Source: an uncultured bacterium (GTDB lineage Bacteria > Acidobacteriota > Thermoanaerobaculia > Multivoradales > JAHZIX01). Taken from it: a DNA stretch of 64,000 nt. The translations under genes were made by a program, and so were the position numbers. The DNA lies in the NCBI GenBank assembly GCA_965368975.1, contig CBDUPA010000012.1:64001-128000 (forward strand). Direction: 5' to 3'. This document shows, piece after piece, positions 1 to 9,611 of this stretch (the first letter of the stretch is position 1; every line of letters begins with the position of its first letter). The notes under the pieces are model-generated. The model did no database searches. It saw only the letters and a list, made by a program, of their open reading frames with translations, and was not told the origin of the DNA.

Positions 1-3000
1 GGCGTCCTGGAACTGGAAGCGGGCCTGGACGGTCTTGCGTAGGGCGAGGAAGGTCGTGTTGGTGACGTGCCCCTGCCAGGCGAGCTCCCAGAGCTGGTCG
101 TGCAGCTCTTCGGCGGTCGTGGCGCCTTCTCGGGAGCTGGTAAGCCGGTGCAAGAGCGTGTCGAAGGTGGGGCGGTCGGGTTGCGGGGAGTCAGCCTTGG
201 GGAACAGCCGATCGAGGGACGAGGTCGCGCCCCGGTCCGTCGAGGGTTCTGCGCTGGCGTCGACGTCGAGCAGCAGGTCCAGGTCGGCGGCGGGCACCAA
301 GGTGGCTCGCTTTGAACCAGTCCCGAGCCACAGCAGGTCGGTTTCTTGGAACAGGCTGTCGAGCCACTGCGGGTAGTAGGGCGCGAGTCTCGACGGCAGC
401 AGCTCGGTTTCCCAGCTGGCGGCGGGGGCGGACCAGCCGTAGAGTGGGGCGAGGCGGGCTTGCAGGGTCTCGATGCTGTCGGGACCTCGCTCGGTCAGCA
501 TTGTCTGGGTAGGCATCGTCTGGGCGAGGCCCTGGTGCTGGGCGAGGAAGAGGGGGAGCTCCGTCAGCGGACGCGCTTCGAACTGCGGCCGCTGCTCGGC
601 GCGCAGCAGGCGCAGCAGGATTTCCAGGTTGTCGACGTCGCAGATTTCGGGCGTGGGAGCGTCGGAGGTGTTCTCATCGAGAGTCAGGGTGTCGACGACG
701 AGGCGCTGGTCGTCGGCGAGCAGGGTGAGGGCTTCGTCTATCTCTCCCCACACCCGCGTTGGCATCTCGACCGGAACCGGTCCATAGAATCGCAACCAAT
801 CTGCCAGGATAGCCGGCAAGATCTCGGATGTATCGGTTTCATCGGGGCCGCCCCTACCCACATCGGAGCGCAAGGTTTCTATCGCTCGCAACGCCTCCTC
901 GACGTCCCCGCCGTCGACCAGCGCCTCGGGACCCAGGTCTGTCAACTCGACTCCCAGCGCGGCAAGCAGGCGCGCCACCGCCTCGACGTGCACGACCGCT
1001 GGCGAACCTCCGGGTATCTCGACGCGCAGTAGTCGATCCTGCGCCGCCTCGACCATGGTTGCCGTGACCTCGGAGGCCGTCTGCGCACCGTCTTCAGCTT
1101 CTTCCTCCCGATCCCGTACGATTGCCGCCACCAGCTCCGGCCACTCGCCGAGCGGGATCAGGACGCGCTCGTGCACCCAGTCGCGCAACTCGTCGGCGTC
1201 GCGTGGAGCGTAGCCGGGGGCGGTGCGGTGCAGCTTGGCCTGGAAGCGGGCCACCAGCTCGACGGGCAGGCGCGGACGCAGGTCACCGGCGAAGACGAGT
1301 TCCTGGATCAGGTCGCCGCGCAGCTGCGAGCCCTTCGCGCTGCCTTCGGGCACGTCGTCCTCGTACATCAGGCGATTGGTCTGCTTCCAGACGACGCTGC
1401 CGGCAAAGGGCGACGGCTCGCGTGTGTGCGCGTGGCTGACCCGGATCTCACCGCTCGCCAGCTCGCCGAGCACCTGGCGCAGGGCGTCGAGGTCGAATTC
1501 GTCCTGCAGGCAGGTGCGCCAGGTCTCGGCCAGGACGGGGAAGTCGTCGTAGCGGCTAATCGTCTCCAGGAGCTTTTTCGAGCGCGCGCGGTTGAGCCAC
1601 AGCGGCGTGCGGCTCTGGAAGCCGGCCCGTGGTAGCAGCAGGGCACGGGCGGCGTTCTCGCGGAAGCGGGCGCCGAAGAAGCCGGTGGCTTCCAGCCGGG
1701 CGCGCAGCAGGCGTTCCAGGTTGTGCTCGCCGACCAGGCTCAGCACGTCGTCGGTGGGGATGTCGTCGTTGAGGCCGAGGGCGATGCAGTCGTTGTCCTG
1801 GATGATCTCGACGGGGAAGGGAAATGCCTCGTCCCAGGCGGCCTGCAGCGCGATGGCGAAGGGCCGGTTGACGCGGCCACCCCAGAAGGTGTGCAGGACG
1901 ACGAAGCGGCGCACGCCGACGCGCGACAGGTCACGAGAACCGTTCGCGTCCTCCGTGCTCTCGGGTCGTGCCTGCGAGGCACCGCCGGCTTCGGTATCGG
2001 CATAGTGCTCGACCACCAGGTGGCGGCGGTGCGGCAGCGGCGTGTGCGTAGCTTCCTTTTGGCGGCGCAGGAAGTCGACCAGTTCGTCGGCAGCGGCGGG
2101 CGTCATGCCGTGACGCTGGCGCAGTTCCTGGGCGAACGCCGCGTTGGCCGTCTGCGCCTTTCTCGACGCTCCCTTTTGCACCTGCCGATCCGCGTGCGCC
2201 AGCAGCTCACCGATGCGCTCGGAGAGGTGGAAGCTGCGGTTGCGCTCCTCGCCGCGCCAGAAGGGGGCGAAGTTGGCGCCGCGCCGCGCTGGGCTGACGA
2301 AGACGTCGTTGTGGGTGATGCGGTCGATGCGCCAGGCTTGGGTGCCGAGCACGAAGGCATCGCCGAGCGAGCGCTCCCAGACGAACTCTTCGTCCAGCTC
2401 ACCGAGCTTGGCCTTGGTGTCCGCCAGGCGCAGCTGGAAGTAGCCGCGGTCGGGAATCGTGCCGCCGCTCATGTAGACCAGGCGCGCGATACCGGGGCGC
2501 CCGCGCACCGTGCCGCCGACGCGGTCGAGGTGCAGGCGTGGTTTCAAGTCGCGCAAGCGCGAGTCTGCATAGCGCCCGGCCAGCATGTCGACCACGCGGT
2601 CGAACCAGGGGCGTTCGAGGTGACGGTAGGGGTAGCTGGTGCGCAGCAGGTCGTAGAGGTTGTCGAGCTGCCAGGTGGCGCCGGCGCACATCGACACCAG
2701 AATCTGCGCCAGCACATCGAGCGGCGCGCGCACCGGCGTCAAGTCCTCGACGTCCTGGTCGAAGATGCCGCGCACGGTGACCGCGGCGTCCAAGAAGTCG
2801 CGGCCGTGGGTCGGCACGAGCAGCCCTTCGCTCACCTCGCCCACCCCGTGCCCGGCGCGCCCGACACGCTGGATGGCGGCGGCGATGGTCGGTGGGGTCT
2901 GCACCATCACGACGGCGTCGAGGGCACCGATGTCGATGCCCAGCTCCAGCGAGTTGGTGGCTACGATGGCCGCTAGCTCACCGTCCTTGAGCCGCTGCTC

Positions 3001-4077
3001 GACCGCCGTGCGCAGCTCACGCGACAGCGAGCCATGGTGCGCGTACACTTTTCCCTCGGTGCCCCCCAGACCTTCATTCAGCAACCGCGCCAACCGTTCC
3101 GTCAAGCGCCGGCTGTTGCAGAAGATCAGCGTCGCGCGATGGTCATCGACCACCCCGCGCAACTCGTCCGCCAGCCGGCTCCAGAAGTCGTTGCCCTCCT
3201 CCTCCGCCGCCCCGGCCGAGCTGCCGGGGGCCGGTTCCCGCAGCGACTCGGGAAAGTCGACCGTCAACTTGTAACGCTTCGGCGTCTTGGCCTCCAGCAC
3301 CGCTACCTCGCGCCGCTCGTACGCAGCCTCCCCCTCGCCGGACTGGCTACCGCCGTCCTCACCGCGCGTCGACGCCCGCAGCAGCCGGTAGCCACCCAGG
3401 AACTCCGCCATGCGCGCCAGCGGCTTGACCGTCGCCGAGATGCCGATGCGCTGGAAGTCGCCGGCTGCGGTGTTGAGAGGGACGAGCCGGTCGACCGCCG
3501 TGATCAGGTGCGTCCCCCGCTTGCCATTCGCCACCGCGTGGATCTCGTCGACGATCACCGTCTCGAGCCCGGTCAGCAGCTTCTGCCCGCCCTGCGACGT
3601 CAGCAGGATGTTCAGACTCTCCGGCGTCGTGATCAAGATCTCCGGCGGTCGTCGCACCATGCGCTGGCGCTCCTGACTTGGCGTGTCGCCACTGCGCGTC
3701 AAGGCCCGGATGCGCGGCACCGGGATCCCCGCCCGTGCAAAGCGGGCAAAGAGCGCGGCCAAGGGAGCGTCGAGATTGCGCCGGATGTCCGCGTTGAGCG
3801 CCTTGAGCGGCGAGATGTACAGCACCCGCGTGCCGCCCGGCTCCCAGGCGCCGGTGAGCAGTTGTTGCAGCGCCCACAAGAAAGCCGTGAGCGTCTTGCC
3901 ACTGCCCGTCGGCGCGCTGATCAACACATGCTCGCCCGCCGCGATGCGCGGCCAGGCGAGCGTCTGGATTTCCGTCGGGGTGCCGATGTCGTCGCGGAAC
4001 CAGGCGCGGATCTCGGGGTGGAAGAGATCGAGCGGGGCGCGGGCGTCGGAAGCGTCGGCGTTGGGGGAGGGAGTCAC
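1..4077 (-). CDS. lhr: Lhr-family ATP-dependent DEAD/DEAH-box helicase (3' end runs off window)
   Basis: Not in the ORF track because it is open at the window edge. Manual minus-strand translation from GTG 4077 gives FHPEIRAWF..GTPTEIQ..AWPRI..SAPTGSGKT (motif I), SPLKALNADI, TTPESL, VDEIHAV (motif II), AHHGSLSR, ATNSLELGIDIG, QRVGRAGH. The C-terminal segment also reads without stops in the same frame. Confidence 0.93.
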   Translation of the reverse strand, partial: MTPSPNADASDARAPLDLFHPEIRAWFRDDIGTPTEIQTLAWPRIAAGEHVLISAPTGSGKTLTAFLWALQQLLTGAWEPGGTRVLYISPLKALNADIRRNLDAPLAALFARFARAGIPVPRIRALTRSGDTPSQERQRMVRRPPEILITTPESLNILLTSQGGQKLLTGLETVIVDEIHAVANGKRGTHLITAVDRLVPLNTAAGDFQRIGISATVKPLARMAEFLGGYRLLRASTRGEDGGSQSGEGEAAYERREVAVLEAKTPKRYKLTVDFPESLREPAPGSSAGAAEEEGNDFWSRLADELRGVVDDHRATLIFCNSRRLTERLARLLNEGLGGTEGKVYAHHGSLSRELRTAVEQRLKDGELAAIVATNSLELGIDIGALDAVVMVQTPPTIAAAIQRVGRAGHGVGEVSEGLLVPTHGRDFLDAAVTVRGIFDQDVEDLTPVRAPLDVLAQILVSMCAGATWQLDNLYDLLRTSYPYRHLERPWFDRVVDMLAGRYADSRLRDLKPRLHLDRVGGTVRGRPGIARLVYMSGGTIPDRGYFQLRLADTKAKLGELDEEFVWERSLGDAFVLGTQAWRIDRITHNDVFVSPARRGANFAPFWRGEERNRSFHLSERIGELLAHADRQVQKGASRKAQTANAAFAQELRQRHGMTPAAADELVDFLRRQKEATHTPLPHRRHLVVEHYADTEAGGASQARPESTEDANGSRDLSRVGVRRFVVLHTFWGGRVNRPFAIALQAAWDEAFPFPVEIIQDNDCIALGLNDDIPTDDVLSLVGEHNLERLLRARLEATGFFGARFRENAARALLLPRAGFQSRTPLWLNRARSKKLLETISRYDDFPVLAETWRTCLQDEFDLDALRQVLGELASGEIRVSHAHTREPSPFAGSVVWKQTNRLMYEDDVPEGSAKGSQLRGDLIQELVFAGDLRPRLPVELVARFQAKLHRTAPGYAPRDADELRDWVHERVLIPLGEWPELVAAIVRDREEEAEDGAQTASEVTATMVEAAQDRLLRVEIPGGSPAVVHVEAVARLLAALGVELTDLGPEALVDGGDVEEALRAIETLRSDVGRGGPDETDTSEILPAILADWLRFYGPVPVEMPTRVWGEIDEALTLLADDQRLVVDTLTLDENTSDAPTPEICDVDNLEILLRLLRAEQRPQFEARPLTELPLFLAQHQGLAQTMPTQTMLTERGPDSIETLQARLAPLYGWSAPAASWETELLPSRLAPYYPQWLDSLFQETDLLWLGTGSKRATLVPAADLDLLLDVDASAEPSTDRGATSSLDRLFPKADSPQPDRPTFDTLLHRLTSSREGATTAEELHDQLWELAWQGHVTNTTFLALRKTVQARFQFQDA

Positions 4078-4145
4078 GCGTCTAGGATATCGCGGCGGGG
4101 TGGTGGGAAGGTCGAATCAGGCTTCGAACACTTCCGCCGCGCTGC

Positions 4146-4787
4146 TCACTCCAGCGCCGCTACCGCCTCCTGGATCTGACCCTGGTGCCGGCGGTCGTGC
4201 TGGGCTAGCAGGCGCAGCAGGCCGGCGACCTTGGTGAAGCCGAACAGGGGGCTGTAATAGAGGCCGGCGTCGAGGTCGAGGCCGGTGTCCTGGCCCAGGT
4301 GGTCGAGCTGGTCGAGGCTGGCGCGGAGGTCGGTGAACAGGTCGGCGCGGGGACGCCGGGGGCGGGGGCGGAGCATTTCGGGGGCCTGGGCGCGCACTTG
4401 ACGCTGACCGAGGAAGCCTTCGCGCACGGTGGCGGGAACGCCGAGGTTGAAGAAGAAGAAGGCGCCTTCGAAGGGCAGGCGGAAGGGGAGGGGGAGGCGG
4501 CCGATGACGGGGGCGCCGGCTTGACGTAGGTTGCGGTAGACGTAGGGGGGACGGCCTTGGCGCTGCTTTTCGATGACGGCGCCGATCTCGCGCTGGAACA
4601 TCTGGTCCGCGCGTACCAGGTGGTCGAGGACCTCGCCGACCGACCAGCGGCCGGGCTTGGGCACGGCGTCGAGCTGCTCCTGGCTCAGGTGCTCGGTGAG
4701 GGCAATGTTCTGCTCGCGCACGGTGCGCAGGTCGGCAATGGCGTCGAGGTAGCTGCGTGGGGCGTGGTGCATCTCGTGGGTCCTCAC
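4146..4787 (-). CDS. DinB/YfiT-like four-helix putative metal-binding protein; last gene of the operon
   Basis: WSVGEVLDHL near the N-terminus and HDRRHQGQI at the C-terminus form the DinB_2 His pattern; GTGA overlap with the upstream gene. Confidence 0.82.
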   Translation of the reverse strand: MRTHEMHHAPRSYLDAIADLRTVREQNIALTEHLSQEQLDAVPKPGRWSVGEVLDHLVRADQMFQREIGAVIEKQRQGRPPYVYRNLRQAGAPVIGRLPLPFRLPFEGAFFFFNLGVPATVREGFLGQRQVRAQAPEMLRPRPRRPRADLFTDLRASLDQLDHLGQDTGLDLDAGLYYSPLFGFTKVAGLLRLLAQHDRRHQGQIQEAVAALE

Positions 4788-6085
4788 ACGGTTCGACCGT
4801 CCAGCACGAACGCCGGCAGCGACGCCGCGTCGAGCCAGTCGGGGATCTGACGCCAGGTCTGTAGCGAGCCGAGGATGGTCTGGTAGTGCTGCTGGAAGTG
4901 CAGGAAGAGGAACTCCTTTTCCAGCTGCTCGGTGGAGATGCAGAAGCGCTTGCTGGCCTGGCCGAGGGTGGCCACGTCGAGCAGGCGCAGGGCGGGGAAG
5001 ACAGGGTCGAAGCGCAGGCCGCTGCCGGGTAGGCTGTGGTAGAAGCGCTTCCAGGGTTGCAGGAAGCGTTTGACGCTGGGCGGGCCGAAGGTGTTGGCGA
5101 ACTGGAAGCCCCAGGCGAAGGGGTCGGCGGCCAGGCGTAGCATGGCGCGCGGGCGTTCGGCGACGAAAGTGGCGCGGACGGTGACCTGGCCGCTGGCGTG
5201 GACGGTCCAGACGAGCAGTTCGAAGGCGGGTTCGAGTTCGCCTGGGCCGTAGCCGAGGGCGGAGGGTTCGGGCTTGCGCACGAAGGCGTAGCCGAAGCCG
5301 TAGCGGCCCAGGATGCCGGGCTCGGGGTGGTGTTCGTCGACCACGAAGTCGCGCGACAGGGCCAGGTAGTTGAACTCGCTCAGCGGCAAGCTGAGGCTGG
5401 GGCCCTGGGGGCCGAAGGGTTGGAGCTTGAACTGGAAGTCGTAGATCGGGTTGCGCAGTACCAGCAGGTCGAGATCGCTATCGCTAGTATTGGCATCGCT
5501 GGTGCTGGTACCGCCGGGGCCGAGAGTGCGCAGGTCGACGATCGCGTCGCGACGCGTTTCCCGGAACCGGTGCCACAGGCCGGGGGTCGCGTGGGTCGGG
5601 CCGCCGCGGTAGTAGAGCTGCTGGAAGCCGAAGCCTTGACGCTGGGCCGGGTCGGGGATGCACTGGCTGAGCAAGCCGAGGCCCGGGGGTGTCGGTGCGT
5701 GCGGTTCGGGGGTGCGCTGGGGCTGGCGGAAGTCGGAGACGCGCAGGAAGTAGTGCAGCACGAACTCGCGCACCTGCTCGGCCATCCACTCGGCGGCTTG
5801 CTCGACGCTCTCGCCGCCGCCGCGCGCGGTCTTGGGCTCGTCGTAGAACATCTCCTGCACGTTGCCGTTGACCGCGATCGTGCCGCTGCTCAGCGGTGCC
5901 CGGTCGAAGAAGCCGAAGCTGCGGTCTTCGGGGCGGTTGAAGACGTAGGTTTCGGGGTAGGTGCGGGCGTAGCTGCCGGCGGCGTCGGTGTGGCGCCACC
6001 AGTCGAGCAGTTCCCTGCCCGAGCGCAGCGCTGCCGGCACGCGCTCGAGGAGCTCGGACTCTTCGGGGGCCAGGGGCGTGGTCAT
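4784..6085 (-). CDS. Hypothetical protein (433 aa), operon member
   Basis: Protein-like composition, 7-bp gap to the upstream gene, 4-bp overlap with the DinB gene; no motif recognised. Confidence 0.85.
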   Translation of the reverse strand: MTTPLAPEESELLERVPAALRSGRELLDWWRHTDAAGSYARTYPETYVFNRPEDRSFGFFDRAPLSSGTIAVNGNVQEMFYDEPKTARGGGESVEQAAEWMAEQVREFVLHYFLRVSDFRQPQRTPEPHAPTPPGLGLLSQCIPDPAQRQGFGFQQLYYRGGPTHATPGLWHRFRETRRDAIVDLRTLGPGGTSTSDANTSDSDLDLLVLRNPIYDFQFKLQPFGPQGPSLSLPLSEFNYLALSRDFVVDEHHPEPGILGRYGFGYAFVRKPEPSALGYGPGELEPAFELLVWTVHASGQVTVRATFVAERPRAMLRLAADPFAWGFQFANTFGPPSVKRFLQPWKRFYHSLPGSGLRFDPVFPALRLLDVATLGQASKRFCISTEQLEKEFLFLHFQQHYQTILGSLQTWRQIPDWLDAASLPAFVLDGRTV

Positions 6086-6092
6086 GGTCGTC

Positions 6093-9000
6093 CTACGCTT
6101 TCGTGCGCTGTGCCGGCTTGAGATCGACGTTGGAGGTGACGCCGCCGTCGACCTGGATGCCGACGAAGGGAGCGTCGTCGGCCCGGGAGATCTGGACCGA
6201 GACCTGGTGGATGCCGCCCGGATCTTCGCTCCAGGTGCCGAAGCCGCTGAAGCTGAGCACGTCGGGTTCGCTGCCGTCCCTGGCCTCCAGCGTGTGACTG
6301 AGGTCGAGCCAGGTGAGGGTGCTCAGGCGGAAGGTGCCGCCGTGGGTGTGGTTGCTGTACTCGAACCAGGCTTCGGGGGCGCGTCGCGGATCGTGGGGAA
6401 TCGACCAGCGGTAGGAGAATTCGACGCCGGTGGCGGGGGAGCGCGCGCGCTGGACGTCGCCCCGGCTGCAGTCGTTCGGGTCGTGTGTGAGTGTGGGCGC
6501 GGCTGCAGGCGTCACGGCGCGCACGCTGCGGAAGGGGTCGAGGCGCGAGTGCTCGCGGATGAGGAGGGGGGGGCGGCCGCCGGGGGCCGCGGAGGGGAAG
6601 TGGAAGCCGGCCGGGTAGGGCAGGAAGACGTCGCCGTTCCAGCGCAGCACGAGGGTGCCGTCGGGGCCGCGTTCGAAGCAGCCGGGCCCCTGGTAGTTGA
6701 AGGAGTCGGCGGGGGTGCAGGGTTCGACCTGGATCAGCTCGGCGAACAGGGATTGCACGACGTAGCCGCGCCACAGCAACGGGCCGGCGATCTGGCCGCT
6801 GGGCAGGTGCAGGGTGGCGGTGCAGACGTTGAACGGATCGTCGGGTGAGGACAGGCCGCTCTGGTCGTAGCTCAGCTTGGGGAAGTGCATCACTGTGTCG
6901 AAACCGCCGCCGCCGCGCGAGACGCCAGGGGGCAGGAAGGGTGGCACCACTGGTGCATCGTCGAGCAAGCCGCCGGCGGGTAGGATCTGCAGCACGACGG
7001 GCACTGTGTTCCCGCAGCGCGCGCCGAATTGCACGCGCACGCGCGCCAAGAGGTGACCGCGACCGGTGGCGGGGCCGCCGAGCTCGGGGGCGTGCAGGTC
7101 GAAGGCGTCGCCGAAGCAGGTCTCGTGGCCGAAGGCGCTCAGCTCGCAGACGCGGTCGCAAGGCCAGTCGTCGACCGAGACGCGAGAGTTGGTGCTCGGG
7201 GTGGCGCGGGTGGTGAGGTAGATCCGCGGGTGCAGGGAGGTGCCGCGGGCGACGAAGCTGGCGGCCTGCAGATCCGGGGTGGTGAAGGGGAGGGCGAAGC
7301 GCACTGGTTGTTCGGCGCTGCCCGCTCCCAGCGGCACGAACATGTGAGCTGCCACCTCGACATCGAAGCCGTCACCCTGGGCCCCAGCTCCCGGGCGCGG
7401 CGTGAAGCGGGCCCAGCTGGAGCCGCCGTTGGGTTGGCCGGGGAAGGTGAGCAGGGCCGCGCGCACGGGCGGCGGCAGGTCGGGGTTGAGCGCCATCAGG
7501 CAGTGCAGGGCGGTGTTGGTGTTCTGCAGGTTGTAGTGGAAGTTGTAGACGCTCCCGGTGCGCGTGTCCAGGACGCCGCCGGAGACCAGGCCCGGCAGGT
7601 CCTGCACCTGGGTGTGCTGCACCGGCATGCGGAACAGTTGGGGGCCGCTGAGATCGCCGTCGGTGCCTTGCAGGCCGCTGGGATGACGGATCTCGAAGCG
7701 CGCCTTGCCCTCGGCGTCGGGCGGCTCGATGCGCACGTGGATCTTGCCCGACAGCGCGCTAGTGGTAGGCAGGAAGCCGCCGAAGAAGGTGCGCTCGCAC
7801 AGCCCGAAGGGCGGGAAGCCGGGCAGCAGGGGCGGCTCGCCGGGGCAGTCCACCGGCCGCAAGGCGTCGCCGACGCAGCTCAGTTCGGGGTTGACGTCGA
7901 GGGTGGCTTCCCAGCCGCCGGCCGGGATCTCGAGGGGCTGGAAGTCGGGGTCGTCGTAGGACGGATCGTCCAGGCCGCCGGCCGGAATGCCGACGGCCGG
8001 GGTGCACTGCTGCTTGCCCGGCTGTAGCGACGGATAGGTGGTCTGGATCGGCGGCTCCTGCAGGGGCTGTGCGGACGGGGGCAGCGGTGGAATGCTCGGG
8101 ATCTCGTCTGCCGTGCGGGGGTGCAGGAAGGCGTCGGTTGCCGGCTCGCCGGGGGCCAGCTGGGTGAGGGTGTTGACGTCGCTCGCCGCGATCTCGTCCA
8201 CCGGCACCGCGGTCACGGCAACGCTGCTGAACTCCTGCCCGATCCAGGCGACCATCTCGGCGGCCAAGTGGGCGTTGAGAGTCGGGCCGGGATAGGCGCC
8301 GTTGAGCAGGTAGAGACCGCCCAGGTAGCCGGCGTCGAGGTGGTGGCCGGTCGTCCCCCGTGTGGCCTGCAGGCCTTGACGCGCGACTCTCTCGACGGTC
8401 GCGTGCAGGTCGAAGACGTGGGCGCCGGCGCGCTCGGCCGCCGCGCGCACGGCGGTGTTGGCATCGGCGATGGTGGCGCGCACGGAGGCCGCCAGCGCGG
8501 CCGGCAGGATGGGGGATTCCGCCAGGGGGCCGACTTGGCGCGCCATGGTTTGGTAGCCCATGGCCCACAGGCCGGGCAGGTGGACGAGGTCGTCAGCGCC
8601 GACGCCCCAGTGCCGGTGCAGGAACTCCGGCGTGGTCTTGAGGATCGCGGCGGCGGTCTCCGGCGTCGAAAAGTAAGCGCTGTCGAGCGGGTCGGGGACG
8701 GTGGTGACCAGAGTCGTGGTGGCCGCGGGCAGCGTTTGCAGCAGGCGGGTCAGGAGCTGCTCGACCTGGTGGCCGGTGGGGAGCTGCGTGGCGTCTTGCT
8801 CGACCGCCGCGCGCAGTAGCTGGTCATAGCCGAGGCAGACCAGGGCCAGGGTCGGCTGGCGGTCGTGGGCGTATTCGGCCTGGGTGCGACCGTGGTCGGC
8901 GCCCAACTGCAGGTCGGGCAGGCCGAGGATGAAGTTGGCCAGGGTGGTGCGGCTGCAGGCGCGGTCGATCAGCGGTGCTCGCGGGCGCAGGTCGAGGGCG

Positions 9001-9611
9001 TCGGCGAAGCTGAAGCCGGGCACGGAGAGGTTGCCCAGGTCGCTGGAGCGCGGTAGCTCTTCGAGCACGGTCGACTGGCGGATGCCGGGCACGATGGCGG
9101 GCTGCGGCGGTAGGCCGATGACGTCGCCCAGGCCGGGTGGCTGCAGCAGCGGCTGGCGCAGCTCGGTGCCGATGGCCTGCGCCAGCAGGGCCGGCAGGCT
9201 GGTGGCCTGGAAGGAGCCTTCGAGCGCGAAGTGGCCCATGCCGGCGCTGAAGCCGTCGCCGAGCACGACGAAGGTCGAGGCGTCGAGACCTCGCCCGGGA
9301 CGCTGGCGCTCGGTGGCCGGGCTGAAGGCGTCGAAGACCCCATCGACGATCGAGTCCTGGACCTTCTCCGCCAGCTCGGCGGCGCGCTCGAAGGGGCCGT
9401 CCAGCTGCTCGGCGGCGCGCTGGCTGAGCTCATCCAGCTCTGCGCTGGACGCGGGTGGGCGCAGTCGTAGCAGGTTGGCCATGCCGCGCGCGCCGAGCAG
9501 GGTCATCGACCAGGCGAAGCGACCGCCGGAGCGCAGCAGGCGGGGCAGGTTCTCGAGCGGTCCGTCTAGGGGGCCGTCGGGCAGGTTGTTGGATTCATTC
9601 GGGCGTTTCAT
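6093..9611 (-). CDS. Large multidomain protein: N-terminal amphipathic module, degenerate SGNH/GDSL-like domain, beta-rich C-terminal domains (~1172 aa)
   Basis: ATG 9611 with a GAGGAG RBS. FVVLGDGFSAG..NLSVPG..LNGAYP mirrors the GDSL blocks (GDS..G..DGxHP) with the catalytic residues substituted. Confidence 0.8.
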   Translation of the reverse strand: MKRPNESNNLPDGPLDGPLENLPRLLRSGGRFAWSMTLLGARGMANLLRLRPPASSAELDELSQRAAEQLDGPFERAAELAEKVQDSIVDGVFDAFSPATERQRPGRGLDASTFVVLGDGFSAGMGHFALEGSFQATSLPALLAQAIGTELRQPLLQPPGLGDVIGLPPQPAIVPGIRQSTVLEELPRSSDLGNLSVPGFSFADALDLRPRAPLIDRACSRTTLANFILGLPDLQLGADHGRTQAEYAHDRQPTLALVCLGYDQLLRAAVEQDATQLPTGHQVEQLLTRLLQTLPAATTTLVTTVPDPLDSAYFSTPETAAAILKTTPEFLHRHWGVGADDLVHLPGLWAMGYQTMARQVGPLAESPILPAALAASVRATIADANTAVRAAAERAGAHVFDLHATVERVARQGLQATRGTTGHHLDAGYLGGLYLLNGAYPGPTLNAHLAAEMVAWIGQEFSSVAVTAVPVDEIAASDVNTLTQLAPGEPATDAFLHPRTADEIPSIPPLPPSAQPLQEPPIQTTYPSLQPGKQQCTPAVGIPAGGLDDPSYDDPDFQPLEIPAGGWEATLDVNPELSCVGDALRPVDCPGEPPLLPGFPPFGLCERTFFGGFLPTTSALSGKIHVRIEPPDAEGKARFEIRHPSGLQGTDGDLSGPQLFRMPVQHTQVQDLPGLVSGGVLDTRTGSVYNFHYNLQNTNTALHCLMALNPDLPPPVRAALLTFPGQPNGGSSWARFTPRPGAGAQGDGFDVEVAAHMFVPLGAGSAEQPVRFALPFTTPDLQAASFVARGTSLHPRIYLTTRATPSTNSRVSVDDWPCDRVCELSAFGHETCFGDAFDLHAPELGGPATGRGHLLARVRVQFGARCGNTVPVVLQILPAGGLLDDAPVVPPFLPPGVSRGGGGFDTVMHFPKLSYDQSGLSSPDDPFNVCTATLHLPSGQIAGPLLWRGYVVQSLFAELIQVEPCTPADSFNYQGPGCFERGPDGTLVLRWNGDVFLPYPAGFHFPSAAPGGRPPLLIREHSRLDPFRSVRAVTPAAAPTLTHDPNDCSRGDVQRARSPATGVEFSYRWSIPHDPRRAPEAWFEYSNHTHGGTFRLSTLTWLDLSHTLEARDGSEPDVLSFSGFGTWSEDPGGIHQVSVQISRADDAPFVGIQVDGGVTSNVDLKPAQRTKA

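Noticed and set aside
35-4237. Many long plus-strand ORFs (e.g. 1723-2976, 3034-4179)
   Set aside because: They are antisense shadows of the lhr gene, which carries all helicase motifs on the minus strand; long shadow ORFs are expected at this GC content.
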